Under the pieces are notes generated by a model. The model was not told where the DNA came from. It made no database searches and was given only the letters and a program-made list of their open reading frames with translations. Shown here piece after piece: positions 11,579-24,525 of a DNA stretch of 64,000 nucleotides (its first letter is position 1; every line of letters starts with the position of its first letter). The translations under genes were made by a program, and so were the position numbers. The stretch comes from Octopus bimaculoides (taxonomy: Eukaryota), in the NCBI RefSeq assembly GCF_001194135.2, contig NC_068988.1:13597459-13661458 (forward strand). The letters are read 5' to 3'.

Positions 11579-14511
11579 TATTGAGCATGACACCCCAATT
11601 CATACATTTGTTTCAAACAGAAAATTACAAAGAGCTTTGAATTTAAATGTTATCATAAAAAACTTTTCCCTAAATGAACAAAAATTTATAGAAATGAAGA
11701 AAATGTATTAAGTAGGAAAGGCAAACCTAGTTTATTACCAGTTTAACACCACCAACTGGGCCCTTTGGATGTCTTTAACAGAGTTGATACTGTTGTAAGC
11801 ATTTGGACCAAGTCTACAGTCTAAGGATAAATGTGTTGCATTTATCTTTAGAAAGATGGATCAATTGTTATTGCCAGAAATTGATAAAAGAATGAAGTTT
11901 AACTGGAAATATAATGAGATAAATAAAATTCAATATGAAAGATATCAAATTAAGTGCAAAAGAATAAGATTCTTTTAATGTAAACACAGATGTTTTAATT
12001 GCCAATAATTGTGTAATGTTGACTCTTCATTTACATATTAGTCAGTATTTGTTAAAAATAATTTATTTCTTTGATTCACTAGTGTTTTATAAAGATCTAA
12101 TAGATATTTGATTAAAATACTGAACTTATGATTGCCATAACATACTTCAGACAGTTATAGTCAATATAGCTCAGGCAACAAAGAGCATAACTACTTCTCC
12201 AAAGAAAAAAGAAAATACAAAAAAAAAAAGCAAAAAAAAACATGGCATATGTTCAAATCTAACATAAGAATTTTGTTGAGTTTGGAAACAAAATTTTCTG
12301 TGCGCATATCTTGTTTTAGTGACTGGTGATATCACATTGGTGTGAAAGCAATTAAGTGACAGAGAATACTCAGTACTGTTAAAAAGAGCAGAGTAAAAGT
12401 TTTTCAGAGCTGAGTCTGTAAGAATCATTACCCAGAAGTTTTTATTCTCAATCCTCAGGTGATTGGTCTTTTGGTGCTTGAAAATTTTTTTTTTTATATA
12501 TAACACATCAGTTGGATCCATTTGGACCATGCTGAAGACTCAGTTATACACTTATACATGGAACCAGAAATTCTTACCAAGTGTAAACAAGTGTAAGAAT
12601 CTATAAAAATTTGAAGAATGAGGTGACCTATTGAAATGATTTTTGATAAATTTGTATGAAAAGTTCTCTTGAAGGAGCCTGTAGTGAACTATTGAATACA
12701 CACAAATGTAGAAAATGCATACATTTGTACATGTGTATATGCCCATGTGTGTCTAAGGTGAATCTCTTTGAGTCAGTAGATTAATTTTTTTTAATGAAAA
12801 CTTATTCTACTACTGATATGTAAAACAATTATATGATATATAAACATTATTGGAATTAAATATTACTATTCTTGCATAAATACTCATATTTTAAAATGTA
12901 ACAGTTAACAGAGATGAACCAAAGTATATTACTGATGTTTTTTATCTATGGATCCCAGTTTCACGAAAGGCAATTCTAGCAGAATTGGAACTCAAGATAT
13001 TAAGCTGTCTAGCTCAGCTCTCTTCTATTTGTGTTCTCATTACAGAAATAAACTACATTAAAATCAGATAATAGTTTTGAGGAAAATATTTATGAATAAA
13101 CATGTTTTGACAAAATAAGACACTTAAAAATTGATAATTTAGGAGTCTTACAACTGCAAGACTTTAAACTGTTAAACTCAATATTATCTTATTAACACTT
13201 ATATGACAATTTAGCTGGTCTTTTTACTAGAAAGAGGGGCTGAATATACATATATTCTCTCCATTGAAATTTAGGTATAGCATTTTAACCAAATAACAAC
13301 CTTATTCTTTTAATAACTTTGAAAAAAATACTTGTTTTCTTTAGTGTAGAGACATCAGTGGGCTTTAAAATCTACGGAAATATTGACAAAAATTTATTTT
13401 TATTCTAAAATAGGGAAAGGAAAAATGGTTGGAAAATGAAACTCAATGAAAAATGGGAGGAAATTTAAACATTTCTATAATGGTAACTGAAATATTTAAT
13501 GAAGTAGCTAAACCATGTTAAAACATGTACTTGAAGGGAATCTATTAAAAAAAAAAATCATTTTATTCTATCCTATTCCTCTATGTAACAGAAAAATTCA
13601 GCTAATTTTTTCCTATGTATAATTGGAACAAATAAAGCAATAAAAGGCAATGTATATATATATTAAAAAAAAGTACAGATAGTATAATTTCCAAAAGTTA
13701 CACAAAGTAAATGTTTTAAAAAGATCAATAGCTTCCATTTTGATTTTAAATATGACAACATAAAAAAGTAAAGAATGCTTGGAATTTCTCTCTTTATCTC
13801 ATTCAATATGAACATGTGTATAAGCGCATGCATACTTAGATACATTTCTTACATCTGTTAAGTAATTGAAAACTGACGATGATGACGATAATAATACTGA
13901 TGCTACTAATAATAATGTTGAAACCAAATGAAACCATATATTAGTTTATATAGCAACCAAATGAAAGAAAATAAATTTACAGCTGTTAAGCCACAAAAAT
14001 GGGAAGGCAACAGTGAAAGGCATATTCTTTGATTTCTACATTAAAATTATTCCAAGTTTATATCATGGGGTACACAAACAGCTGTGGATTGCTAAAAAAA
14101 TGAAACATTGACATGTTTTGATGAGAATAGAATATTAATGTTTTCTGCCCTTGCATTTTCCCATATGAAGTCATCTGAATTAGCAGCAGATGGAACATTC
14201 TGGAGATTGCAATTTTCTAACCCCTGCTTTTTAAGACATATCAATGTAAGGTATCCTATCTAAAACTAAATAGTTAATACAAATAAAGGCAGAAAAGATC
14301 TACAAGTTGTAATAATTTAGTTCAAATGAATTCATTGGACACATACAGGTGAAGAGCAGTTAAAACAAATTTGTTATTGGATGAAATTCAACATACACAC
14401 AACATCTATTTTATATAAATATGAAATGCTTGCAAAGTTTTTCTTGTATCTCATCAAAAGAAACGTCATCATGTGTGCCACACTGTGCAAATAAAACAAG
14501 TTTACAGTAAT

Positions 14512-14735
14512 TTAACCCTTTCATTACCAATCCAACTGAAACCGGCACTGGATCTGAGTACAAATGTCTTGTTTTCATAAGTTCTGAATTAAAATCTTCT
14601 ACCAAACCTTAGTCACAATTTATGTTCCTAACACTAGCTAAATGATAACTAAGTTATTTTACTAAATTCTTTGTTATATCTAAAGTAATTGAAAGAAACA
14701 CAGAGCATCTCAAAATACAGTAATGAAAGGGTTAA
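14512..14735. mobile_element. piggyBac-type MITE, family E (intronic)
   Basis: Perfect 16-bp inverted ends TTAA-CCCTTTCATTAC (14512-14527) and GTAATGAAAGGG-TTAA (14720-14735). The interior is homologous in reverse to 50577-51020 (shared aagttattttactaaatt core). Confidence 0.85.
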
Positions 14736-15689
14736 ATAGAATAAACAGAGTGAGGTGTCCACAACATTACTGGTTAATGGTATTTTCTCCATTTAATATT
14801 TCTATAATTCACAAATTCTATGCCCCACTGTATTCAATTTAGTTAACTATAGATGTTACACCATGTCACAGATGGAAAACATGATAATTTTTCACACATA
14901 TATATAATATTTCACATTAACCAAGCAATTCTCTTACCACTACTTCAGCAAGTGTGGTAAAGTCTATGCTTTACTAAGGAGGTTTAATAAAAAGGAAATA
15001 CATCTGTAGTTGTCTTTGTATGTGCCAAAATGGTATTAGTTATTGAGCCAGTGTTGTCTTTTCCTTAGTGCATGAATATTCTAATTAGACTTAGAACTTT
15101 GATGCTCATTTTATTAAAAATGTTAAAATTAACTTAACTATCATCTGTGTAACTGCTAGGTCATTCAGTAGACTACTTTTCTGTGTTAAAAAAAAAACTT
15201 AACCTTTCATCCATCTAGCATTGATATAATAAATAACAGAAGCATGGAGAGAGAATTAGATAATAAAAGAAATTTTTACTATTTAATATAAAGAGTTGAT
15301 GGATTATCATTAAATGTTCAATTAATTTATTGTCACAAATGTACTGGATCACACTTCCTCCAACAACAACAAAAACATACTGATAAGCATAATTTCAATT
15401 ATATTCTACTTAATATGTTTTAAGGTGATAATTGTTTTGCTCGATACATGCAAGAGGATTATAGCAATATATTTTTTTAATAAATTCCTATTTGTAAGGT
15501 TCATAATCATCTCGAAACATAATCATTACTTATCTTAGGCAAGTATAAAATCAAGTTATATCATTTAATCAGATGTTAGGTATACAGTTCTAAAAAAAAA
15601 CAAAAAAAACAGAGAAATAGAAATAAAAGAAAACCACCAAACGGTCAATTATGAGACTTATGCACTGTCTGAGGCAATGAAAGAACTTT

Positions 15690-15845
15690 TATGCAGTTGC
15701 TCAACCTAACAGAAATAGCAGCAAAATCATCCTCAGATTTTACTCACCATCTTGAAAAAGGACAGGATGGTCTTTATTGGAAAGCTTTTGATCATAAATT
15801 TGCTTAACAAGGATGGTGTGAGGCTAAATAACAACAATAACATCA
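15690..15845. mobile_element. Short interspersed repeat family F fragment
   Basis: agaaatagcagcaaaatc..cctca ... ggaa.gcttttgatcata ... ggctaaataacaacaa, shared with copies near 30060, 49175 and 63370. Confidence 0.55.
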
Positions 15846-18169
15846 AGCTAATTTGTCACCTTGTAGCAAATTTTGGTCAATTCTGCAAAGAATAGTTTCC
15901 TATGAAAATAACAGGAATCGAAATTTGTCTCCCGAGTAGAATCCATTCACTTCAGTCAGGCTTTCCAATGCAAATAGACCCTATTTTTGATTGAGGGGAC
16001 CAGCTTCTATAAGCAGGTAGATAACTTATTTGACTGTGAATGTTTCACTTTGATTAATCACAATTTCAATAAATATTGAGACAGAAAGAATTAATAAAAA
16101 GCAGAATTTATGAAGAAATTGATGAAACAACAAAGACACATCTATTCATGTATATTTATAGTGACTAAGAATACAAGTAACATAAAATATAACTGATATT
16201 CACATATTTCATATGATGAAAATGATATTCATATGATGAGAATGAAATAGTATATCATAATTTAAAAGCAAGTGAAAATTATTATGTATATAAAACCCAA
16301 TTTTCAAATGGTAGAGTAATAAAGAAGCACTAGGAAGTGGAGGAAATTAAAGAGATTAATGCACAAGACAAAAGAAATGGACACTGCCACTAAACAATAT
16401 GGTATGTGTATGCTGACAGGTAAATGGCAGTGAAAAATGTAGCTTTCTGGTTTGTTGAGAATTATGAGCAGTTTTTCAAAAAAAAGAAAAATGATTGAAG
16501 ATGATGATGGTGAGGATACTAATTCGCTATTAACTCTTAAAATTATTTACAATTTTATTTAACTTTAATGCAATGCTACTTTTATATGGCATAAATTCTA
16601 ATACACTATCATATATAAGTTTATAATACATTTTGTCCATACTTTTTGAAAATTAAATATTAAAGGAGCACATTATTCATGAGAACTAAATGTTATCCAT
16701 TTTTCTAGTTAATACATGGTCTTATTCTGGATGATGTAATTGGAAAGAAAATTATATTGTTCAAGCTAAGTGATGTGCAATGAAAATTTTAAATCATCAT
16801 AATGTTGTTTCATTATTTTATGACAGTAATAATACATTAAATGTTCTTTATATTTCATAAGTATTCCCACATCAAAAATTGTAGTGATCATGGATCTTTC
16901 CAGTTTTACTAACACACACACACAAATGATTAACAAGTAAAATGTAAAACTAAAACAGAAGCAATAAAAGTATGAAATGCATTTTGTTTCTGTCTATACA
17001 CTGCTACATATCAGCCTAAGTATAATTACTGCTATAAGAACATATACTTAGAATATTGTGTTTCAATAAGCTGCTATAATAGAAATCATTAAAAATATAT
17101 ACAATGTGTATAAAAATATCTCTTTTTATACTATTAAATGATTTTTGCTTTATATGCTAAACGAAATACATTGCATAGTTGAAAACAAAATTGTCAGATC
17201 TTGAATGCCTGATGTTCAAAGCATAAGAATCCAACAAACATTTTATAAAAAAAAAAAAAAATCATAGTAAAAAAATTAGAGGGTTTTGAGAAATCCATTC
17301 TTAAATGTTTGTTCTTTTGTTACAACACATAGAACATTGCGTTTTCTCTTGTTTATGTATATCATCAAAACCAAATATAACAGAAACATCATGTGATTTC
17401 CACAATGTTGCCTTTATGGTAGGTATACTTTTATGGTCTATTACACTGATAAAGTTCAAAGGTCACCTTCAAAATTATTTTATTTTGTTTTGAATTTGTC
17501 AACTTCCCAATATATTTTATACAGTAGTTATGATAAATCAGATAAACTCTTTTTCCATAAATTATAATACTTTAATGAGTCACTGCATCTTATAGATAGG
17601 GTATATTTTTCTGGGATTTCATTGTTCATAATTTCGGTGCACATAATACATGAGTATGTATTATAAATGAATAAAGTAATTTAAACCTATTAAGAAAAAA
17701 AAAAGTGGCTTCTCTTGTAGTTCAAATATTCTGAACTAGTTTAAAAGGAATACATACTTTATCAATATTGATATTTAGGCTATACTGTTTATCAGCAAAT
17801 AAGAGTTGATTCACTAACTTCTTACATTTCAAATTTAAAAAATGAAATTTAGTTTATTATGAGTGCATAAACAATACTCATACTAATTCGAATTTTAAAA
17901 AGCTATAGATTACAATATATTATGATTGCTTTTATACAAAATTCTTGTGTATATATTTATTTATAATTATATTGGGATAAATTCTCACACCTAAAACAGG
18001 TGTGAGAAACTTATCCCAAAAGGACCATAGAAATTTATCAACTTTTAATTTTATTTTCTTTACTGAGATTTTAACCAGAAAAATTATTATTATAACTGGT
18101 TTGTTGAAAACAGAATCTGTAATCCATAGGTACAAACTAAGATGGCTTAAAAAAGAAATTTACTACAGA

Positions 18170-18790
18170 CTCATTCACACAACATTTTTATGTATAACTA
18201 AAAACCACATGTATGCTAATTGCTGTAACCTAAGATTGGTTATGTCTCCCACACTCATTAACCTACTCACTCTTACTTCTAACAATACACATTTCAATGC
18301 AGATGACTACTACTCTTCATTTCTTCTTAATCTTCTACATCACATCTGGAGCAGGACTGAAAAGAGAAACCTCAAAACCTACTTTGATAGCAACATTTCA
18401 ATCTATATTTCCACACCAACACCAAGACAACTGTTGCAAACATGAAAGACAAAGTTTCTATCATATAACTGAAGTTTCCAAAATTGTTACAAAAGTTATA
18501 CTTTACAATCTCTGATGCCGACCTTATATGTATAATGTAACAGTACAACTCTGTTGTATTCTTTCACCACAACTTTCTCTCACTCTTTATTCCTGTTTCT
18601 GTTGTACCTGTATTTCAAAGGGCCTTGTCACACTCTATGTCATGCTGAATCTCTCTGAGAACGTTAACGGTACACATGTCTGTGGAGTGCTCAGCCACTT
18701 GCACGTTAATTTCACGAGCTGGCTGTTCTGTTGATCGGATTAACTGGAACCCTCATCATAGTAACTGACGGAGTGCCACGATAGACAACA
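18170..18790 (+). mobile_element. Decayed CR1/L2-like LINE 3' fragment (source of ORF 18002..18445)
   Basis: VMSPTL...NNTHFNADD resembles RT 'GSVLSPTLF...YADD'. The 3' segment ccttgtcacact...cacttgcacgttaat recurs inverted at 40686-40775. Confidence 0.65.
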
Positions 18791-18859
18791 TGCCCCCATC
18801 AAAAGCCATTCAATTAATTAGAAAAGATTCGTTAATAAAGATGCTACAAACATTGGCTT

Positions 18860-19150
18860 ACAGATACTTTTTTTTTGCCTCTCTGACTCTTGTACCACTA
18901 TTACAAACCTCCAGCTCTGATAAATTAGCTATCCCTTCACCCAAGCCAATCTGACATAGCTCCTCATGTTATTGTCTCACCTTCCAGAACCAACACTAAA
19001 CACTTTTCCTAATTATTTCTCACACAAGTGCATTCATCTAGAATAACCTTGCCACACACATTTTTCATGATCATGTCAACCTTTAAATGTTCAAGCTGAA
19101 CATTAATCACATCAATCAAGTTTGAGATGACCTGCAAATATTACAACACT
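18860..19150 (-). mobile_element. Probable decayed RTE C-terminal fragment
   Basis: Purine-rich minus strand resembling the RTE 'GRPRKTW.EVV..DL' region; weak. Confidence 0.35.
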
Positions 19151-19610
19151 TATCCTCCACTGACTAAATACTGAGAGGTAAATAACAAAATACCAGTGAA
19201 CTTAGTTGTAAATTGATTCAGGAATATCCATTTTGGCATAGAGACCATAGTGGTATTTCTGTTTGAGTGCTGCTCTGCCACCTATGTACAGCATTTTGGT
19301 GAAACCAATATGAGACAGACAAGGGTGTGAACATGGTTGATTACAGGTGTAAGAAGTTATAAAGATGTAATATTTTTTAATAGATTAATATATGTTTGCA
19401 TTTTTTAATCTTCAAGTTTCATTGTTAACTTTACTAATAATAGGTTTTTTTCTTCAAAAATTATAATTTTATTAAGAAATATTTTTGTGAACTTTTCATT
19501 TATAATCTTGCTTTAAATATAATTAACTTATAGTTATTATTGAATTAAAACCATGATTTACTAAAAAATAAAATAAAAGCTTACAGTTTTCATTCTATAA
19601 CAACAAACAA

Positions 19611-19637
19611 TACTAACATAACTTCTGTTTCTTACAG
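19611..19637 (+). promoter_or_regulatory. Branch point (TACTAAC) plus pyrimidine tract and 3' splice site
   Basis: Perfect TACTAAC at 19611-19617, followed by acttctgtttcttacag. Confidence 0.8.
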
Positions 19638-20344
19638 GGACAGCTCCTCTTTGGATATTTGTACTAGGACAGTACTTTTTACATTTAGACGCACACAAAA
19701 CCATTCCTATTTACCACATTGAAGTGTGGTTGGTGTCAGTCTTCGTTGCCTATACAGGAGGGATATTAACAAAGTATTTAAAACCAAATGTGGCAGAAGC
19801 AATATTGAACTGGATAATCAAACCATTGCTATTACTTATGTGTATTTTATTTATCACCCTTGGTGTCTACATTAATATGTATGTATGGAACATATTGGAC
19901 ATGTATATTATATTAGGATGTACTCTATTACCAGTAACGGGTTGGGTTCTCGGATTTTTTCTAGGCTTGATATTCCGTCAAGATGGGCCAATTTTAGAAG
20001 CTCTCTCTCTCGAAACCTCAAGCTTTAACAATCTGATAACAGTAGCAGCTTTACGTTTTTCTCTCTCAAGCAGACCTGGGGATTTGTCATCAACTGTACC
20101 GTTTCTTGTTATTTTTACAACTCCTGGTATTTACATAGTATTATCCCTAATCAAATCTTTACGGCTTTGCATCATTAACTATTTACAAGAACGAAGACAA
20201 AAACAAGTTAATCGACAGTTTAGCATTGTTTCAGGAATAATTAACCAGGCAAATATTACAGCATTATCAGCTCCTTTATTTATATCTGATATCTTGGATG
20301 ATGAAGACAGTTCTGATAATAAAGAAAAAGTGACAGTTTTATGA
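19638..20344 (+). CDS. SLC10-family transporter, terminal coding exon (C-terminal TM helices and cytoplasmic tail, stop TGA)
   Basis: Acceptor ttctgtttcttacag ends at 19637. The phase-1 join to the 10951 donor gives ...AMLG-TAPLWIFVLG..., matching SLC10 'ALG-M-x-P-L'. The frame continues into the supplied ORF 19724..20344, with hydrophobic helices and ALSLETSSFN at the SLC10 'ETGxQN' position. The two exons total 879 nt = 292 aa plus stop. Confidence 0.93.
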
Positions 20345-23300
20345 AGTTTTCTTAAGGTCTTTTTAAGAGAAGAGAAATAAATCTGCAACACTAAGAAACA
20401 TGCATTGGAATGAGACTTTGATGATTTAGAGTATCAATTATACCAGCCTACAATGGCAATGGTGCCAAACATAGGATTAAGTGCCAACAATGTAAATCTG
20501 GCAAGAGGTAATTTGATTCAAATGAAGAAAGAACCTTACTACAATCCAATTACTGGTACTCCAATTGACAGTTTCTTGGTTCACATGTTAATGGTGGTAA
20601 AAATAGCAGCAATGTGTTGCTGAAGTTATGAGAATGTCAAATATTTTTTAGTCTTTATAACAATAATACAATCACTAACAGTCTATTATACTGGATGGTT
20701 ATAAAGACAGTTATATAGAGAAAATAATTCTGTATAACGAAATATAAAAAATTGAATATGTTCCTTAACTGATTTGAGCTTATATTTAGGTATGAATATA
20801 AAGTGAAATAGAAAGTAACTTATACTTTTAAATTTATGATTATGTTTTTAACTTCAATAACTGAAAAAAACATCAACAAATAATATTAAAGTAGATTTGA
20901 TTTCCATTCGAAACATACATCGTTGGAGAAAAGTCATTTATACATTCATTGTATAAATCATGAATATTTTTATAAATTTTGCTGCTTAAATTTTTAAAAA
21001 TTCTTTCCCATCAGCTTTGCAATTAGACATTAGCATTCTAAATAGGAACTTTTTTTTGAAGCAAACAAATTTCAAACTGAAAGTTAATGACAGAGGCAAA
21101 TGTGGTGGTGTTTTGAAAAGTACTTTTTGTGTGTGGAATGATACGCACAAAGATGAGTGCTGTTAATGCTTTACAACTCATTTTATGTAGTATTTGCTCT
21201 TTGAAATATAATGAATGTATAAATTGATAACAGACAAGTAGCTAAACATGTACATTAGAAAAACATGTACATTAGAATACACACCGAAGGGGAAGAGTAG
21301 CAGCCACTTCCCAATACAATAACCTTTTATTTATGTTGTCAGTCTCATCTTGTAAGGATGAGAATTTGTTTATATAATCCTTGCCTAGAATACAGGTAAA
21401 ACCATTTGATAACTTTCAGTCTCAAGACATGACAATGTCAAACATAATTAATATTGATCTATAATTATCTTCATTTTAGCTGTAAATACAAAGAGTAATA
21501 GGGATTGAAGTAGATTACTAGACTGTAGGCAGCAAATGTATATAACAAGTAGAATGGTAAAGTTTGTAAATTGTGTTTTTGTAATAAGGTAAAATTCAGA
21601 ATTTGACAAAACTAATTGGCAAAACTTAATCCAAAAAACTTTGCAGATGAATAATTTCAGTGAGCTGCTTTGCAATGGGAATCGAAAAATTTAGTATTTT
21701 AGACACTCATACAGTGGGAGAGAAAATAAAGAAGCCCAATACCAATTGTGAATGATAAATGAAAGAAATAACAATGGATTGATACAATAGTGTGGAAGAG
21801 AAAGAGCAAATGTGAGTAGTGTGGGAGGTGGTGTATACACACTTCTACCTCCCTTTGCAAGACATTTTTTTTTTGTCTTTATAATTCTGACAACTCACTG
21901 TTTTAAACATGCTTCATTTTCTCAAATCTAATTCTTTAATTCTGACTGCTAACTCATTCCCTTTTTCTTCTCTCCCTTTAAAAAAATTTTTTTTTTTTAC
22001 ATGTTCCATTGCCTCTGCTACTTTCTATCTCACCTGAACTAGACCTCAATATCTCCCACTTCAACTGACCTTACTTTTGTTACAAACTTTGACCACCTGT
22101 TCCTGCACACTTTACTTCTTCTCATGACATCCAGCTTCCACATCACATATTGGCTCTCTCTTCCTGTCTCTCCATTTCCAGTGTCTACATTATTCATTCC
22201 ATTTCTTATTTGTGATTTTGTGACCATGGGATTAAGGCTTCATTATTCTCTCAATATTAAAAAAAGGGCAAATATTTTTCACTCCGCACAGCAAATCAAC
22301 TCACTGAAATTTATTTTACTTTTTACAAACCCTTTTGTGTTATCATAACCCTACAAAAATATATGACACAAATTGTGTTTTATTGATTATATAGTTTTAA
22401 TCTTTTTAATCAAATAGATATTTTCTAAAAGATAATAATAGAAATATTAACAGAATGCAATATTTTGTGGAGCATTATCATAGATTGTGTAAATATTGTT
22501 GAACAAAAAAAAAAAAATGTCAGCTTTATTTCAATTTAAGACATTTAGAGGATTTTGTAAATCCAAAATAATTTCCTCAATAATTAATTACTCTGATCCA
22601 CTTAACATTTTGCTGCTCATTATAAACACACTATTTGCATGATTTTGTTAATTAAAATGTTTAGATATTTATCATGAAATATAAAAAAAAAACTAAAAAA
22701 AATAAAAAAGCCAAAAACAAACTGAACATTGGTAAACCAGTTTCCACCAATTTGTTTTAAAATCAGACTAATTTAAATTACAGTTCAAGGTAAGTGCAGA
22801 ACAAAACAGTTTACTTTGTCAAATCGAATAATTTGCCTTGTATCCCAACATTTTTTAAGTTGGAGAAAACTTAAATTATCAAGTACATTTACAAATAAAA
22901 CACTTAGATTTTTTTTCTAGATTTCAAAATATATTCTCTATTAAACAGTTTCTAAGCTGTTGCTGCATAGTAATGTTTGTATTTAATATGAGGCTATTTT
23001 TTTAAAGTGAGTTCTGGTATATTCTTAATGTAAAATGCAATTTAAAGAATTATAGCCAGATTTTCACAAAGATAAAAAATATATAATTAAAATTAATTAT
23101 ATATTGTTGAGGTCAAATACAATGAAAATATTGGTCAGAAAATGTATTCATTTGTTCAATTAGAAGTTATCTGAAAGGCGCTTGTCACTATGTTAAAAAA
23201 AACCCGGAAAACTTGAAATGCTGTAGAAGTGATAAATTGAGCAGTTGGATTCTATTACATGAAGTAAGTAGTTGCTCATTCAAGTAAATTTCACATTATT

Positions 23301-24473
23301 TTAAACAAAGAAAAAAAAATGATGGAGAACAGATTTTTACCTCATCTTGAAGCCCCAAATGATGTTAGGGGCAGGTGCTAGAACTAATTAACAACTAAAT
23401 AACATTTCCAGGGAGTAGCTAATATTCAAGCTGCCTTTGTACCTTTGCCCTACAGACAAATACCAATGAAACATCTCTATACACAAGTACATATATATAC
23501 ATTTAGGTGCACATATAGATACTTGTGCAGAGAGGTTACATACATTTGTTTGTAGACATGAATTGAGATATATTTTTTATGTGACAACACATTACTTTGT
23601 GTGATTCTATGTGTGCATATGATTATAGATAAGGTGGGAGGTATTTACTAATGAATGCTAAATAAAATATGTAGTATCTGATGAAAATGGCATATTGATC
23701 ATAAGAGACACATGGTTTAATGAGTAAGTAATTTTCAAGAAATTCTGAAAGGTTAAAACTTCTGACAAATCTATGGCTATCATCAGGGATTACATTTACT
23801 ACCAGAAACCAATAAATTAAAGTAACACATATCGAAAACAGATATCTCCATAAGTTTCCAGTTAAGGTAAGAAAACCAGATTTTTATAAAAATGTTTTCT
23901 TGATCATATTCTATTTCTTCCACATTATCAGAGATTTTATTTTAATTTATTTTGCCTTATTTGGCATTTCTCTTCCAGATTGTCTTTAAACATTTTGTTA
24001 TTCCTTCTGATACTAACTGGAAACTTGTGTTATTTTTATTTTGTCATGTTTTTTTTAAAAATAAATTTGTTAGACAACTGTTAACTAAATGGAGGGAGAA
24101 AAAAAAACAAAAACAAAAAAACAACCTATTTTTTCATACTACAAAATGTGTTCAATTTTGTACGATTGTTAATTTGAAGTAAAATATTCCCTTGTTTATA
24201 TGTTTTGAAAAAAATTATCAATAAACAAAAGCTGAAAAGATAACCTCTATAAAGTCCTTTGCTCATTTTACAACATACATAATCAGGCAGTGATTAAAAT
24301 CTATTCATATTACTTGTAAAGGTGATTTTATATTAATTCATGCAGAATGATTTGAAGTATCCATATAGATTTTCAGCTTAGAGGTGTGTATGTCAACAAA
24401 AGTTGCAAATATAATTTGATTCCTCTCTAAGCTGTTGAAATTTGTTTAGTGTTGTTGTACAGTAAGTTACAGA

Positions 24474-24476
<3 letters not shown>

Positions 24477-24521
<45 letters not shown>
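24477..24521. repeat. (TA)n microsatellite
   Basis: Direct reading. Confidence 0.95.

Positions 24522-24525
<4 letters not shown>

Larger units (their letters stand above)
10952..19637 (+). other. 8,686-bp GT-AG intron of the SLC10 gene
   Basis: Starts gtaagt and ends cttacag; splice phases are compatible; no intermediate SLC10 sequence is missing across the junction. Confidence 0.85.

Noticed and set aside
12319-12345. TGDITLV string after an AG, resembling SLC10 'GD..LS'
   Set aside because: Followed immediately by a stop, and the equivalent motif is already encoded in exon 10780-10951.
18002-18445. 147-aa ORF as a nested gene
   Set aside because: Explained by a degraded LINE RT (SPTL...NADD).
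19724-20344. Supplied ORF as a stand-alone 206-aa protein
   Set aside because: Its first codon is GTG inside an exon; the frame is open back to the acceptor at 19637 and joins the 10780-10951 exon.
20376-20381. AATAAA as the SLC10 polyadenylation signal
   Set aside because: AATAAA is very frequent in this AT-rich DNA; it cannot be assigned without 3'-end data.
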